Below are positions 19,930-29,953 of a stretch of DNA of 64,000 nt, in pieces. The number at the start of each line of letters is the position of its first letter. Position 1 is the first letter of the stretch. The stretch lies in assembly GCA_044372565.1 (NCBI GenBank), contig JBILRP010000003.1:5471-69470 (forward strand). The letters are read 5' to 3'. A program made the position numbers and the translations under genes. The notes below the pieces were generated by a model that was given only the letters and a program-made list of their open reading frames with translations, ran no database searches and was not told where the DNA came from. Origin of the DNA: Bacilli bacterium. GTDB taxonomy: Bacteria; Bacillota_I; Bacilli_A; RFN20; CAG-826.

Positions 19930-21349
19930 AAACGAGGCCATCACATCACGTTCACAAGACTTTGCGCAGTGGTACACCGATGTATGTAAAAAAGCTGAAT
20001 TAATGGATTATTCATCCACCAAAGGATTTATTATCTATCGACCATATGGGTATGCAATTTGGGAACAAATTCAAAAGTATCTTGATTTAGAATTTAAAGA
20101 AACAGGCCATGAGAATGTTTACATGCCTATGGTGATTCCTCAAAGTCTTTTTAATAAAGAAAAAGAACACGTGGAAGGATTCGCCCCGGAAACCTTAGTT
20201 GCTACGCTTGGAGGAAAAGAAAAACTCGATGATCCCCTCATCATTCGACCCACCTCAGAAGTTTTATTCTGTGAACATTATGCAAAAATCGTCAATTCTT
20301 ATCGTGATTTACCTAAAAAATATAACCAATGGTGCTCGGTGGTGAGATGGGAAAAAACCACAAGACCATTTTTACGTGGTGCTGAATTTTTATGGCAAGA
20401 AGGTCATACAGTCCATGAAACAGAACAAGAAGCACGGTTTGAAACCTTACAAATGCTAAAAATTTATCAAGACATGGGTGAACAATTATTAGCGATCCCC
20501 TTCTTAACGGGTAAGAAAACTGATAAAGAAAAGTTTGCAGGGGCGATGGAAACCTATGCAATTGAAGCTTTGATGCATGACGGTAAATCGCTACAATCTG
20601 GAACAAGTCATTATTTCGGGACTGGATTTGCCAAAGCTTTTGGCATTCAATTTCAAGATCGGCTAAACACATTACAACCCGTTCATCAAACCTCTTGGGG
20701 AGTTTCAACTCGCTTAATCGGTAGTTTGATTATGGTTCATGGCGATGATAATGGTCTTGTTTTACCTCCTCAAGTAGCTCCAATTCAGGTGATCATTGTC
20801 CCTATCATGCAACAAAAACCAGGGGTATTGACGGCTGCAAAAGCACTTCTAGACACCTTAAAAGCTTCAGGAATAAGAGCAACCATGGACGCAACGGACA
20901 ATTCACCTGGTTGGAAATTTGCAGAAGCGGAAATGAAGGGCATTCCATTACGTGTTGAAATAGGACCTAGAGACTTAGAACAACAGCAAATTGTGATTGT
21001 GAAGCGTAATGATAAAGTTAAAAAAATCATTAAATTTGCTGATTTAGTATCTGAAGCAAAAGGATTAATGGTAAGCATCCAACAAGAAATGTTATTGAAG
21101 GCCAAAGAACATTTATCGATGAATATTCGAGAAGTATCATCCCTTGATCAGTTGATAGAAACGCTGAATCAATTTGGTGGATATGCCAAAGCATCCGTTG
21201 ATGACAGTGAAGACGTTGAACGCATCGTCAAGGAAAAAGCTCAGGCAACCGCGCGGGTTATTCCCTTTGATCAAGTTGGATTACAAGCAAGATGTGCCAT
21301 CACCGGCAAACCAGCCAAACGAATCGTTTATTTTGCACGAGCCTATTAA
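19913..21349 (+). CDS. proS: prolyl-tRNA synthetase, archaeal/eukaryote-like type lacking the bacterial editing insertion
   Basis: 478 aa; N-terminus ITSRSQDFAQWYTDVCKKAELMDYSSTKGFIIYRPYGYAIWE; class II motifs; C-terminal zinc-binding-type domain; AGGAG RBS; overlaps the upstream gene by 17 nt. Confidence 0.95.
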   Translation: MEKQIKNEAITSRSQDFAQWYTDVCKKAELMDYSSTKGFIIYRPYGYAIWEQIQKYLDLEFKETGHENVYMPMVIPQSLFNKEKEHVEGFAPETLVATLGGKEKLDDPLIIRPTSEVLFCEHYAKIVNSYRDLPKKYNQWCSVVRWEKTTRPFLRGAEFLWQEGHTVHETEQEARFETLQMLKIYQDMGEQLLAIPFLTGKKTDKEKFAGAMETYAIEALMHDGKSLQSGTSHYFGTGFAKAFGIQFQDRLNTLQPVHQTSWGVSTRLIGSLIMVHGDDNGLVLPPQVAPIQVIIVPIMQQKPGVLTAAKALLDTLKASGIRATMDATDNSPGWKFAEAEMKGIPLRVEIGPRDLEQQQIVIVKRNDKVKKIIKFADLVSEAKGLMVSIQQEMLLKAKEHLSMNIREVSSLDQLIETLNQFGGYAKASVDDSEDVERIVKEKAQATARVIPFDQVGLQARCAITGKPAKRIVYFARAY

Positions 21350-21396
21350 TTAACCTTGAATCGTCGTCAAAACCTATGCTACTATGTTTTAGCGTT

Positions 21397-21489
21397 GGAG
21401 TAGTACCCAAGAGGCTGAAGGGGACGGTTTGCTAAACCGTTAGATCGGAGTAATCCGGTGCGAGGGTTCAAATCCCTCCTACTCCGCCA
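21397..21489 (+). tRNA. tRNA-Ser (anticodon GCT)
   Basis: Acceptor GGAGTAG/CTACTCC, anticodon stem ACGGT/ACCGT with loop TTGCTAA, long variable arm, GGTTCAAATCC T-arm, encoded CCA. Confidence 0.85.
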
Positions 21490-21490
21490 T

Positions 21491-21522
21491 AACCCATATT
21501 CATTGATGGGTTTTTTTATTTT
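21491..21522 (+). terminator. rho-independent terminator after tRNA-Ser(GCT)
   Basis: AACCCAT-attcattg-ATGGGTT hairpin followed by TTTTTTTATTTT. Confidence 0.6.
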
Positions 21523-21565
21523 GAGAATAGGCGAAAAAGTTATAAAATTACAGATAACAACGATT

Positions 21566-22693
21566 ATGGTGATTATAGAAATTGTTAAGACTCGAAACGA
21601 ACTTAAAACATTTATTGATTTTCCATCCAATTTATATGAAGGGAATCCTTTTTTTACCCCTTATATCTATGAGGATGAATTAAGTAATCTTGATCCAAAA
21701 AAGAATCCAGCGAGTTCTTATTGTGATTTTAAGTTATTTCTAGCTAAAAAAGATGGCAAGGTTGTTGGTCGAGTTGCTGCCATCATCAATCGGTTTTCAA
21801 ATGAGAAGTATCATGAAAAACGAGTTCGTTTTAACCGAATTGATTTTATTGATAACCAAGAGGTCTTTGACGCCTTGATTGGTGCAGTTAGTCAGTATGG
21901 TAAAGAGCATGGCATGACCCAAATGGCAGGGCCATTAGGATATTCAGATCAAGACAAAGAAGGCTTACTTACCTTTGGTTTTGAAGAGAAAAATATGTTT
22001 GTTACTTTTTATACTGCTCCCTATTATGTTGACCATTTTCAACGGTATGGTTTTCAAATCGATGCTACTTGGAAGGAATATCAAATTAAAGTCCCTAAAG
22101 CGATACCCCCTATTTTAGATAAAATTTCCCAACGGGTGATGGAAAGAAATCATCTACACGTGGTTCGCATTAAGTCCAAAAAGTATCGATATTTAGCTCC
22201 ATATATCAAACAAATCTTTCAACTAATGAATAAGACGTATGATCATCTTTATGGATATGTTCCTGTCAAAGAAGATTTAATGGATATGTTGGTGAAGCAG
22301 TATATCCCGTTAGTTAATCTAGATTATATTCAACTGATCTGTGATGCGAACGATACCTTGGTTGCATTTGGATTGATGATTCCTTCACCCGTCGATGCTT
22401 TAAAACGTTCAAAGGGACATTTGTTTCCCTTTGGATTTATTAATTTTTTCAAGCAACTAAAGCATAGTAAAGTTTTGGATATGCTTTTAATTGCAGTTGA
22501 ACCTTCCTTAAAAAATTCCGGTGTTTTAGCCCTTGTCTTTACCGAAGCCATTCGTAATGCAATAAAAAACGGCATTGAGCATGCTGAAACAGGACCAGAA
22601 TTAGAAAACAATCAACACGTTCAATCGTTATGGAAAAACTTTGATTCTCGTCACCATAAAACAAGAAGTGCTTTTGTTAAAGATATTCAATAA
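21566..22693 (+). CDS. hypothetical protein (about 375 aa), possibly acyltransferase-fold; first gene of an operon with a PlsC-family acyltransferase
   Basis: Long ORF begins after the tRNA terminator (ATG 21566; the upstream in-frame portion overlaps the tRNA and is rejected); no firm motif recognised. Confidence 0.5.
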   Translation: MVIIEIVKTRNELKTFIDFPSNLYEGNPFFTPYIYEDELSNLDPKKNPASSYCDFKLFLAKKDGKVVGRVAAIINRFSNEKYHEKRVRFNRIDFIDNQEVFDALIGAVSQYGKEHGMTQMAGPLGYSDQDKEGLLTFGFEEKNMFVTFYTAPYYVDHFQRYGFQIDATWKEYQIKVPKAIPPILDKISQRVMERNHLHVVRIKSKKYRYLAPYIKQIFQLMNKTYDHLYGYVPVKEDLMDMLVKQYIPLVNLDYIQLICDANDTLVAFGLMIPSPVDALKRSKGHLFPFGFINFFKQLKHSKVLDMLLIAVEPSLKNSGVLALVFTEAIRNAIKNGIEHAETGPELENNQHVQSLWKNFDSRHHKTRSAFVKDIQ

Positions 22694-23920
22694 ATGGCAA
22701 CCAAGAAATATACGTTTTGGCAGCATGGAGTTTATGTCAAGATCATTCGTTTTTTTGTTGGACCTTTTTTTAAACTCTATTACCGTTTTAGGGCTCGTTC
22801 AATCAAAATTAAAAAGACCGGTCCTTATTTAATCCTTGCCAATCACACGGCAGAATTCGACATTATTTTCTTAGGGATGTTGTTTGATGCCCCTTTGTAC
22901 TTTGTGGCAAGTGATCAACTGTTAAACGCTGGAAAAGGTAGCTGGGTTTTAAGAACACTTTTTAATCCAATTCCAAAGAGTAAATCGGTGGCGGATTTGG
23001 CACTGGTGAAAAGAATGAAGTCAGTTTTACAAGAAGGTGGTAACGTTGCAATATTTCCAGAAGGTAATTCATCCATTCATGGTGGGCCTTCTAAGATTCC
23101 TGAAGGGATGGGTCGTTTAATAAAATTTTTAAATGTTCCCGTTAAGTTTATCTCTATTCAAGGATTATATTTATCGTCCCCTCGCTGGTCGTATCATCGA
23201 AAATTTGGGCCTTCAACCATGAAAGAGATAAAAACCATCACCCCTGATCAATTTCATTCCATGGCACCGGAATCATTAGAAACCTTAGTGAAAGAGACAC
23301 TCAATATCTCCGCCTATGATCACAACCACTTTTCCTATAAAGGTAAGCGGATGGCCGAAGGATTACATAAATTAATTTTTACCTGCCCTCAATGTCGTGG
23401 GTTGTTCACCACAGACAGTATGCATCATGAGTTATTTTGTCACCAATGTGACTTTAAAGGCACTTACGATCAACATGGCTATTTAAACATTCACGGTCAC
23501 AAAGATAATTTAATCAACCATGATGCGATGAATCTTCAGCGCTTCCACGAATACATGCTTGTTCATGGAAACAAGGTTTCTATTCACCGCCAATGTGAGG
23601 TTGCATTTTGGGAAGGTGGGAATCAACGACGAACTGCTTTTGAAGATACCAATTTTGAAATTTCAGAAAAAGGAGTAAAATTGTTAATTAAGGACAAGGA
23701 AATCCATTATTCCTTTGATGACATTTATTCTCAAGCGATTCAAGTTCGAACAAAACTTCTCATTTATCCTAACCAAGGTCAAATGATGTTGCTAAGGTTT
23801 GACAAAAAGGACTCCCCATACGCTTTGCTCAACGTGATCAAATGGTATAAAACTTATTTAATGGAGGGAAATAAACATGAATTTACTAAGCCCCTCGCCA
23901 CAACCTTTTTGGGCCTTTGA
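22694..23920 (+). CDS. PlsC-family (lysophospholipid) acyltransferase with a C-terminal Cys-rich zinc-ribbon domain
   Basis: HX4D motif in ILANHTAEFD; FPEGNSS (FPEGTR-like) motif; C-terminal CPQC...CHQC pair. Confidence 0.75.
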   Translation: MATKKYTFWQHGVYVKIIRFFVGPFFKLYYRFRARSIKIKKTGPYLILANHTAEFDIIFLGMLFDAPLYFVASDQLLNAGKGSWVLRTLFNPIPKSKSVADLALVKRMKSVLQEGGNVAIFPEGNSSIHGGPSKIPEGMGRLIKFLNVPVKFISIQGLYLSSPRWSYHRKFGPSTMKEIKTITPDQFHSMAPESLETLVKETLNISAYDHNHFSYKGKRMAEGLHKLIFTCPQCRGLFTTDSMHHELFCHQCDFKGTYDQHGYLNIHGHKDNLINHDAMNLQRFHEYMLVHGNKVSIHRQCEVAFWEGGNQRRTAFEDTNFEISEKGVKLLIKDKEIHYSFDDIYSQAIQVRTKLLIYPNQGQMMLLRFDKKDSPYALLNVIKWYKTYLMEGNKHEFTKPLATTFLGL

Positions 23921-25334
23921 TTTTTACTGGAGTCAGATCATCCAATTTTCGATTATTATGGCCATTTTGTTATTGGCCAATGTATTAAGAAGAAAAGTTC
24001 TTTGGTTAAAAGCTTCTTTATTGCCAGTGGCAGTCATTGGTGGTTTTTTAGGCTTATTGATCAAGTATCTCTTTAATGGTAGCCCAATCTCAATTGCTAA
24101 TCTAATGATAGAAGAGACGAGCTTATTTAATGTGGACACATTAAGTTCATTTACCTACCACGCGATTGCCATAGGTTTTGGTGCCTTAACCCTTAAAGGT
24201 ATCGATCAGATGAATCAAGGCCCAATGAGGAAAAAACCGCTCGCCGTGAAAAGTGGGATGGTCATTGTCAATTCTTATCTAATCCAGGGTATTTTTGGTC
24301 TAATTGTCACAAGTATTCTTACTTTCTTCTTTGTCAATATTCCTAATTATGCAGGGTTTTTATTACCGATGGGTTACGGTCAAGGACCTGGTCAAGCTCT
24401 GAATGTCGGTGATATCTTTCAACGTCTAGATTTTATCTATGGGCGTGATTTTGGTCTTTCTATTGCTTCAATTGGTTTTCTTGCAGCGTCATTAGGCGGC
24501 GTCATTTATCTACGAAAATTAAAAAACAAGGGCTTATTAAAGACAGTAGAAGAAACCTCGATGGAATCAAAACAAGAATCAACAATCCTTGAAGGCAATG
24601 GCCAGATCCCTCTTGTCGATGCCGTGGATAAGTTAACCATTCAAGTTGCCATTTTATTCTTTATTTATGGATTATCTTGGTTATTTATTTATGTTCTTGA
24701 ACAATTGATGCGACAAAGCGGTGTAGATTTTTTAATTAGGAATTTAATCCCACTTTTATATGGTTTTAACTTCATTATTGTTGTTTTTGCAGCATTATTA
24801 TATAAAGTGATCACCCGTAGACTCATTCAATCCAAGATCATGAAAAGAATTTACACGAATGACTTCCTTCTCAATCGAATTGCTGGATTAGCTTTTGATA
24901 TCATGATGATTGCCTCGATTATGGCTATTGACATTACCTTGGTTGGTGATTTAGGGTTCTTGGTGACGTTACTCGTTTTAGTGATTGGTGGGGGTTTGAT
25001 CACTTACTTCTATCTAGGTTATCTCACCAAAATCGTCTACCCTAACTATCCCCATGAAGCATTCTTGGTGTTTTATGGCACGATGACCGGTACCGCCTCC
25101 ACTGGGATTGCCTTATTAAGAGAAAAAGACCCTTATTTTCAAACTCCGGCTGCTAATGACATTGTCTATGGTTCATCGATGGCAATTCCTTTAGGGTTTC
25201 CCCTGCTCTTATTTGTTGGGGTGGTCAGTCAAGGCTGGGTATCTTTGTTGATTGTTTTGGTTATTTTTTCATTAATTTTTACGGTTTATCATCTAATTTT
25301 AAGCAAATCAAAGAAGAAACAAAATCTTCAGTAA
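23877..25334 (+). CDS. sodium/glutamate symporter family (GltS-like) membrane transporter
   Basis: 485 aa polytopic protein; N-terminal LANVLRRKVLWLKASLLPVAVIGGFLGLL and C-terminal YGTMTGTASTGIALLR resemble GltS landmarks; GGAGGG RBS; overlaps the previous gene by 44 nt. Confidence 0.65.
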   Translation: MNLLSPSPQPFWAFDFYWSQIIQFSIIMAILLLANVLRRKVLWLKASLLPVAVIGGFLGLLIKYLFNGSPISIANLMIEETSLFNVDTLSSFTYHAIAIGFGALTLKGIDQMNQGPMRKKPLAVKSGMVIVNSYLIQGIFGLIVTSILTFFFVNIPNYAGFLLPMGYGQGPGQALNVGDIFQRLDFIYGRDFGLSIASIGFLAASLGGVIYLRKLKNKGLLKTVEETSMESKQESTILEGNGQIPLVDAVDKLTIQVAILFFIYGLSWLFIYVLEQLMRQSGVDFLIRNLIPLLYGFNFIIVVFAALLYKVITRRLIQSKIMKRIYTNDFLLNRIAGLAFDIMMIASIMAIDITLVGDLGFLVTLLVLVIGGGLITYFYLGYLTKIVYPNYPHEAFLVFYGTMTGTASTGIALLREKDPYFQTPAANDIVYGSSMAIPLGFPLLLFVGVVSQGWVSLLIVLVIFSLIFTVYHLILSKSKKKQNLQ

Positions 25335-25338
25335 TCTT

Positions 25339-25369
25339 TTCACACTTTCATTGTTAAATCTTTTATAAT
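25339..25369 (+). promoter_or_regulatory. putative sigma-A promoter for eno
   Basis: TTCACA, 18-19 nt spacer, TATAAT, about 28 nt upstream of the AGGAGG RBS. Confidence 0.35.
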
Positions 25370-25384
25370 ACCTATGTTTAATAG

Positions 25385-26698
<1,314 letters not shown>

Positions 26699-26719
26699 AT
26701 CCCATATTGATCTATCTTT

Positions 26720-26754
26720 AAAAACCCACTCTTCATGGTGGGTTTTTCTTTTAA
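26720..26754. terminator. bidirectional rho-independent terminator between eno (+) and the convergent minus-strand operon
   Basis: AAACCCAC-tcttcatg-GTGGGTTT hairpin flanked by A-run and T-run. Confidence 0.6.
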
Positions 26755-27437
26755 ATGTGTAACCAGCGTTGTAAGTACTGCCAGAATTTTGGTCTTAAGT
26801 AAGTTAATAATGCCGTCAAGGAAATCAATGAAGTAATTAAGGCAATCAACGACGGAACAAAAACAGATGATGCAAATAACCAAACCATCACGGAAAATTG
26901 CACTAATCCTACGATGGAGCTTACCAACATTTGAAAGAGAATGACATCGGTTTTTCTCATGATGGTTGCAAGAATAAAAAAGAGTAAATTGCTCGTTGAT
27001 ATGAGAATAGGTACCACATATTGTAGGGGCCATGCATCGAAGGTTTGTTGGTTGACAAACGCCAATAAAGTCGTAATGATCGATAAGCCAAATAACTGCC
27101 ATAAGATCACATATCCGATGCCATTCCGGTTATAAATCGATTTGTAAATGAGAATCCACATATAAAAAACAATAAATGTCATCAGGAAAGTCGTTCCTAA
27201 TTCAGAGGCAATCAAGGCTAGATCAATGATCAATGTCAATAACAAGGCCAGTAACAAAGGAAAGGCAAAAAAAGCATGCATGATGGATGCGGTTTGTTTT
27301 TCGATTTGATTGTAATTCGGAGTTGGATAAAGGATTTGTTTATCATTTTCTGATACTTGATGGACAAAACCACCGCAAACAGGGCAGTGGGTCAAACTGC
27401 TGTCGACTTGAATATGACATCGTTGACATGTTTCCAC
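26751..27437 (-). CDS. polytopic membrane protein with an N-terminal zinc-ribbon (CxxC...CxxC)
   Basis: METCQRCHIQVDSSLTHCPVCGG followed by 5-6 hydrophobic helices; start abuts the stop of the upstream gene. Confidence 0.5.
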   Translation of the reverse strand: METCQRCHIQVDSSLTHCPVCGGFVHQVSENDKQILYPTPNYNQIEKQTASIMHAFFAFPLLLALLLTLIIDLALIASELGTTFLMTFIVFYMWILIYKSIYNRNGIGYVILWQLFGLSIITTLLAFVNQQTFDAWPLQYVVPILISTSNLLFFILATIMRKTDVILFQMLVSSIVGLVQFSVMVWLFASSVFVPSLIALITSLISLTALLTYLRPKFWQYLQRWLHI

Positions 27438-28721
27438 TTACTGACCCTCCTCCCATCGATTGCCGCTGGCTTTGACGTTCACGTTTAAATCCTTAACAAG
27501 CATGTTGACAAATGATTGGATAAAGGAGCGATCATCGATGATTCGAGAAAAGGTGATGACCAGTTGGTCTAAAAAAGTTGCCATCGCAACATTGATGGGT
27601 AAGATTGGGGTTGCACAGAGCGTAAAATCAAAATGATCAATAAATGATTGTGTGGATTGTGGCATCTCAATTTTACCTAAGTTAGACATGACAATACTTA
27701 ACGCGGTTTCACCAACACGATTAAACACAAATTTAATGACCCATCGCTTAATAAACAAGGGAATAAATCTTAATAAAAGCATTCGTTCAACCTTTAAATT
27801 TGCTCTGATTTGTGGGGCAAGAATCTCAAGTTGCTGACCCTTTTTTAGCTGTTGATTCACAACGTCTAAGACTTCTTGAAATGTAGAATCTGGTTTAAAA
27901 AAACCACCAATATTAATCGTCATCACAAAGTTTTTCATCGTTTTTGAGGGTATGTACTTACGCATATCCACCGGGATAGAAAGAATGATTTTCTTTCTCT
28001 TTTTAGGATGAAGTGCTTCTTGTTTTTGAATCAATATCAAAATTAACATCGTTGCAAATAAACCTGTGATTGTGGTTTGCTTTGCCTTAGCAACGGCAAT
28101 CAATTCTTTTGTGTTTAAGTGCAAATGGGTAAGGTAATGACCAGTATGCTCGAAATACGTTCCTTTTAAATGAAAAGCATTTTCTGTTGGCAAAAAAATG
28201 CCATTGCCTTTGGTCACTTTCGTTGCAAAACTATCTTCAAGTTCCGCATTCGTTACCTGATCATTGGCATCAAATATAATGCCTTCTGCATCCACGACAT
28301 GACCTTTTTCTCTTAAATAAGCTAAGGTTAAGGTTTTTAAAAACTCCATGCCACCCCGTCCATCGGTAATTGCATGAAATACTTCAATAGAAATTCGTTG
28401 GCGGTGATAATAAATTTCAATCAAATGTTTCAAACGGTCATTGGGTCTAGGGTTCGTACCAAACATGTTTGGATCAGGCTGGACTTTAAAAAGTTTAGAT
28501 TGGTTTTCTAAATAGTACCAAAACAATCCTTTTCGTAAACGCGTATTAAAATTTGGAAAACGAAACAATGTTTTTTCTGCAGCAAGTTGAAGAACAACCG
28601 GATCAATGGTTTCCTTGAGAACAATACTTAAGCGAAAATAAGAGGCTCTTAATTTTCCGGTAATGATAGGGAAAAGTTTACCGGCATTGTCGATTTTAAA
28701 CCACTGCGTTGTTCGATTCAT
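27438..28721 (-). CDS. condensation/CAT-fold acyltransferase (HxxxDG motif; WS/DGAT or alcohol-acyltransferase-like)
   Basis: 427 aa; VFHAITDGRGGMEF contains the HxxxDG catalytic signature of the condensation-domain / chloramphenicol-acetyltransferase-like superfamily. Confidence 0.55.
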   Translation of the reverse strand: MNRTTQWFKIDNAGKLFPIITGKLRASYFRLSIVLKETIDPVVLQLAAEKTLFRFPNFNTRLRKGLFWYYLENQSKLFKVQPDPNMFGTNPRPNDRLKHLIEIYYHRQRISIEVFHAITDGRGGMEFLKTLTLAYLREKGHVVDAEGIIFDANDQVTNAELEDSFATKVTKGNGIFLPTENAFHLKGTYFEHTGHYLTHLHLNTKELIAVAKAKQTTITGLFATMLILILIQKQEALHPKKRKKIILSIPVDMRKYIPSKTMKNFVMTINIGGFFKPDSTFQEVLDVVNQQLKKGQQLEILAPQIRANLKVERMLLLRFIPLFIKRWVIKFVFNRVGETALSIVMSNLGKIEMPQSTQSFIDHFDFTLCATPILPINVAMATFLDQLVITFSRIIDDRSFIQSFVNMLVKDLNVNVKASGNRWEEGQ

Positions 28722-29344
28722 GATCTGCGTTTAATCTTTGTAATTAATTTTTTATCAAGTAAACATTGAAGTAGTTTTTCTGAAGCTTTGCCACGATGGG
28801 ACACTGTATTTTTCTCTTCAATCGATGCCACCGAAAAATTCTTTCCAAGGTCATCACTATAGAATATTGGATCATAACCAAACCCTTCAGTACCATGTTG
28901 AATTTCTCTTGAGATTTTGCCAATGGTTGTCCCAATAAAAAATCGCATTTCTTTGTGAGGATAAAGAATGACAAAAGCAGATGTAAATTGAGCTTTTCTG
29001 TTTTTATGAGACGACATCAATCGAATAATTTCTTGGTTTTTTTCATCATAGCTTTTTTCATTCATCCATCGAGAAGAGTACACACCAGGAAAACCTTTCA
29101 AGGCATCAATTTGTAATCCTGAATCATCAGCAACCACAGTTTTATTGACATGTTTTGCAACCGCTTTAGCTTTGAGTAAAGCGTTTTCTAAAAAAGTATG
29201 GCCTGTTTCTTTTGGATTTAATTTAAGTTTTAAATCTTCCAACGTTAAAAACGTCACGGTGTAATCTTTAAAGAATGCTTTGATTTCATTAATTTTCGAT
29301 TGATTATTGGTTGCTAGGACTATTTCGTAGTTCATCAATCTCAT
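28718..29344 (-). CDS. rdgB: non-canonical purine NTP (dITP/XTP) pyrophosphatase
   Basis: LATNNQSKINEIK N-terminus; FGYDPIF motif; Ham1 family. Confidence 0.9.
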   Translation of the reverse strand: MRLMNYEIVLATNNQSKINEIKAFFKDYTVTFLTLEDLKLKLNPKETGHTFLENALLKAKAVAKHVNKTVVADDSGLQIDALKGFPGVYSSRWMNEKSYDEKNQEIIRLMSSHKNRKAQFTSAFVILYPHKEMRFFIGTTIGKISREIQHGTEGFGYDPIFYSDDLGKNFSVASIEEKNTVSHRGKASEKLLQCLLDKKLITKIKRRS

Positions 29345-29414
29345 CTTATCAAGTTTTTACTAAAATAAGAAATAATTTCACGATATAGTCTTACTTTCTT
29401 TGAGTAACCTATTA

Positions 29415-29464
29415 TATGGATAAGAAATAAAAAACCCTTATCTTTCATGAATTAATTCATCAAT
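29415..29464 (-). terminator. rho-independent terminator after tRNA-Gly (minus strand), with a nested perfect palindrome
   Basis: Minus-strand transcript: CCCTTAT-gattg-ATGAATTAATTCAT-gaaag-ATAAGGG then TTTTTTATTT. Confidence 0.55.
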
Positions 29465-29485
29465 CATAAGGGTAATTTTAAATTT

Positions 29486-29559
29486 TGGAGCAGGTGACGG
29501 GAATCGAACCCGCGTAATTAGCTTGGAAGGCTAATGTTCTACCACTGAACTACACCTGC
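29486..29559 (-). tRNA. tRNA-Gly (anticodon TCC)
   Basis: GCAGGTG/CACCTGC acceptor, D-arm GTTCAGTGGTAGAAC, anticodon stem TTAGC/GCTAA with loop CTTCCAA, GGGTTCGATTCCC T-arm, encoded CCA. Confidence 0.85.
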
Positions 29560-29619
29560 AAAAGGCAACGAAATTATCTTACCATAGTTGTGATTGTAAG
29601 AAAATCTCGTTTATTTAAA

Positions 29620-29931
29620 CTAGGATTTTAGTAAGTTTTCTAAAGCGGTTAAAGCATGAAATCCAGGCTTTTTATAAGTTTGTTTTCCTGCAGAAAAAAC
29701 CATCATGGTAGGGATAGACATAATCCCATGGGCTTCTGCTAAATCTACATTTTGGTCAACATTGACTTTTAAAATGATTGAATCCGGTTGTTTTTTAGAA
29801 AAATCATCAAGCACCGGTGCTTGCATTTTGCATGGCCCACACCAATCCGCATAAAAATCGACAATCACTTTTCCTTTTGAAGTTTGAATAAGATCATTAA
29901 ATTCCTTCACGTTGGTAATATTTTTGATCAT
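29620..29931 (-). CDS. trxA: thioredoxin
   Basis: 103 aa; WCGPCK active site. Confidence 0.9.
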   Translation of the reverse strand: MIKNITNVKEFNDLIQTSKGKVIVDFYADWCGPCKMQAPVLDDFSKKQPDSIILKVNVDQNVDLAEAHGIMSIPTMMVFSAGKQTYKKPGFHALTALENLLKS

Positions 29932-29953
29932 CTTGTTTCCTCCCTTGATGACA

